Assembly: GCF_001194135.2 (NCBI RefSeq)
Contig: NC_068987.1
Span: 93,314,855-93,378,845, forward strand
Origin: Octopus bimaculoides
Taxonomy: Eukaryota
DNA length: 63,991 bases
Reading direction: 5' to 3'
Part shown: in pieces, positions 63,957 through 63,991 of the stretch
Position numbering within the stretch: the first letter of the stretch is position 1
Layout of the letters: the number at the start of each line of letters is the position of its first letter
The notes under the pieces: generated by a model
What the model saw: only the letters and a program-made list of their open reading frames with translations
The model's database searches: none
Told to the model about the DNA's origin: nothing
Position numbers and translations under genes: made by a program

Positions 63957-63991
<35 letters not shown>

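Overview
AT-rich eukaryotic (animal) scaffold with about 15 N-gaps, nearly all bordered by (AT)n, (GT)n or (GA)n microsatellites, as expected of a short-read assembly. The SINE and LINE repertoire resembles what I recall from Octopus; this is inference and was not checked against a database. No complete gene, rRNA, tRNA gene or CRISPR array is supportable, and most entries in the ORF track are microsatellite or N artefacts. Supportable content: (i) several tRNA-headed SINE families; (ii) at least seven decayed R4/Dong-type LINE fragments, a CR1/L2-type RT fragment, a Penelope-like (PLE) RT fragment and a complete dead mariner with TIRs and TA flanks; (iii) a ~430-bp direct duplication 6.18 kb apart carrying exon-like cassettes, plus a candidate terminal exon (1057-1238, minus) ending ...EILSYV*. 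The most striking signal is about ten minimal type-I hammerhead-ribozyme-like motifs from about five unrelated sequence families. Most lie in divergent fold-back (inverted) pairs (10.4, 14.3, 15.7 and 45.2 kb, with a weaker case at 36.0 kb), and one sits at the 3' end of a tRNA-headed SINE-like element (55.1 kb). Together they suggest a diverse population of non-autonomous ribozyme-bearing retroelements, probably derived from or mobilised by PLEs. All alignments and folds were done by eye.
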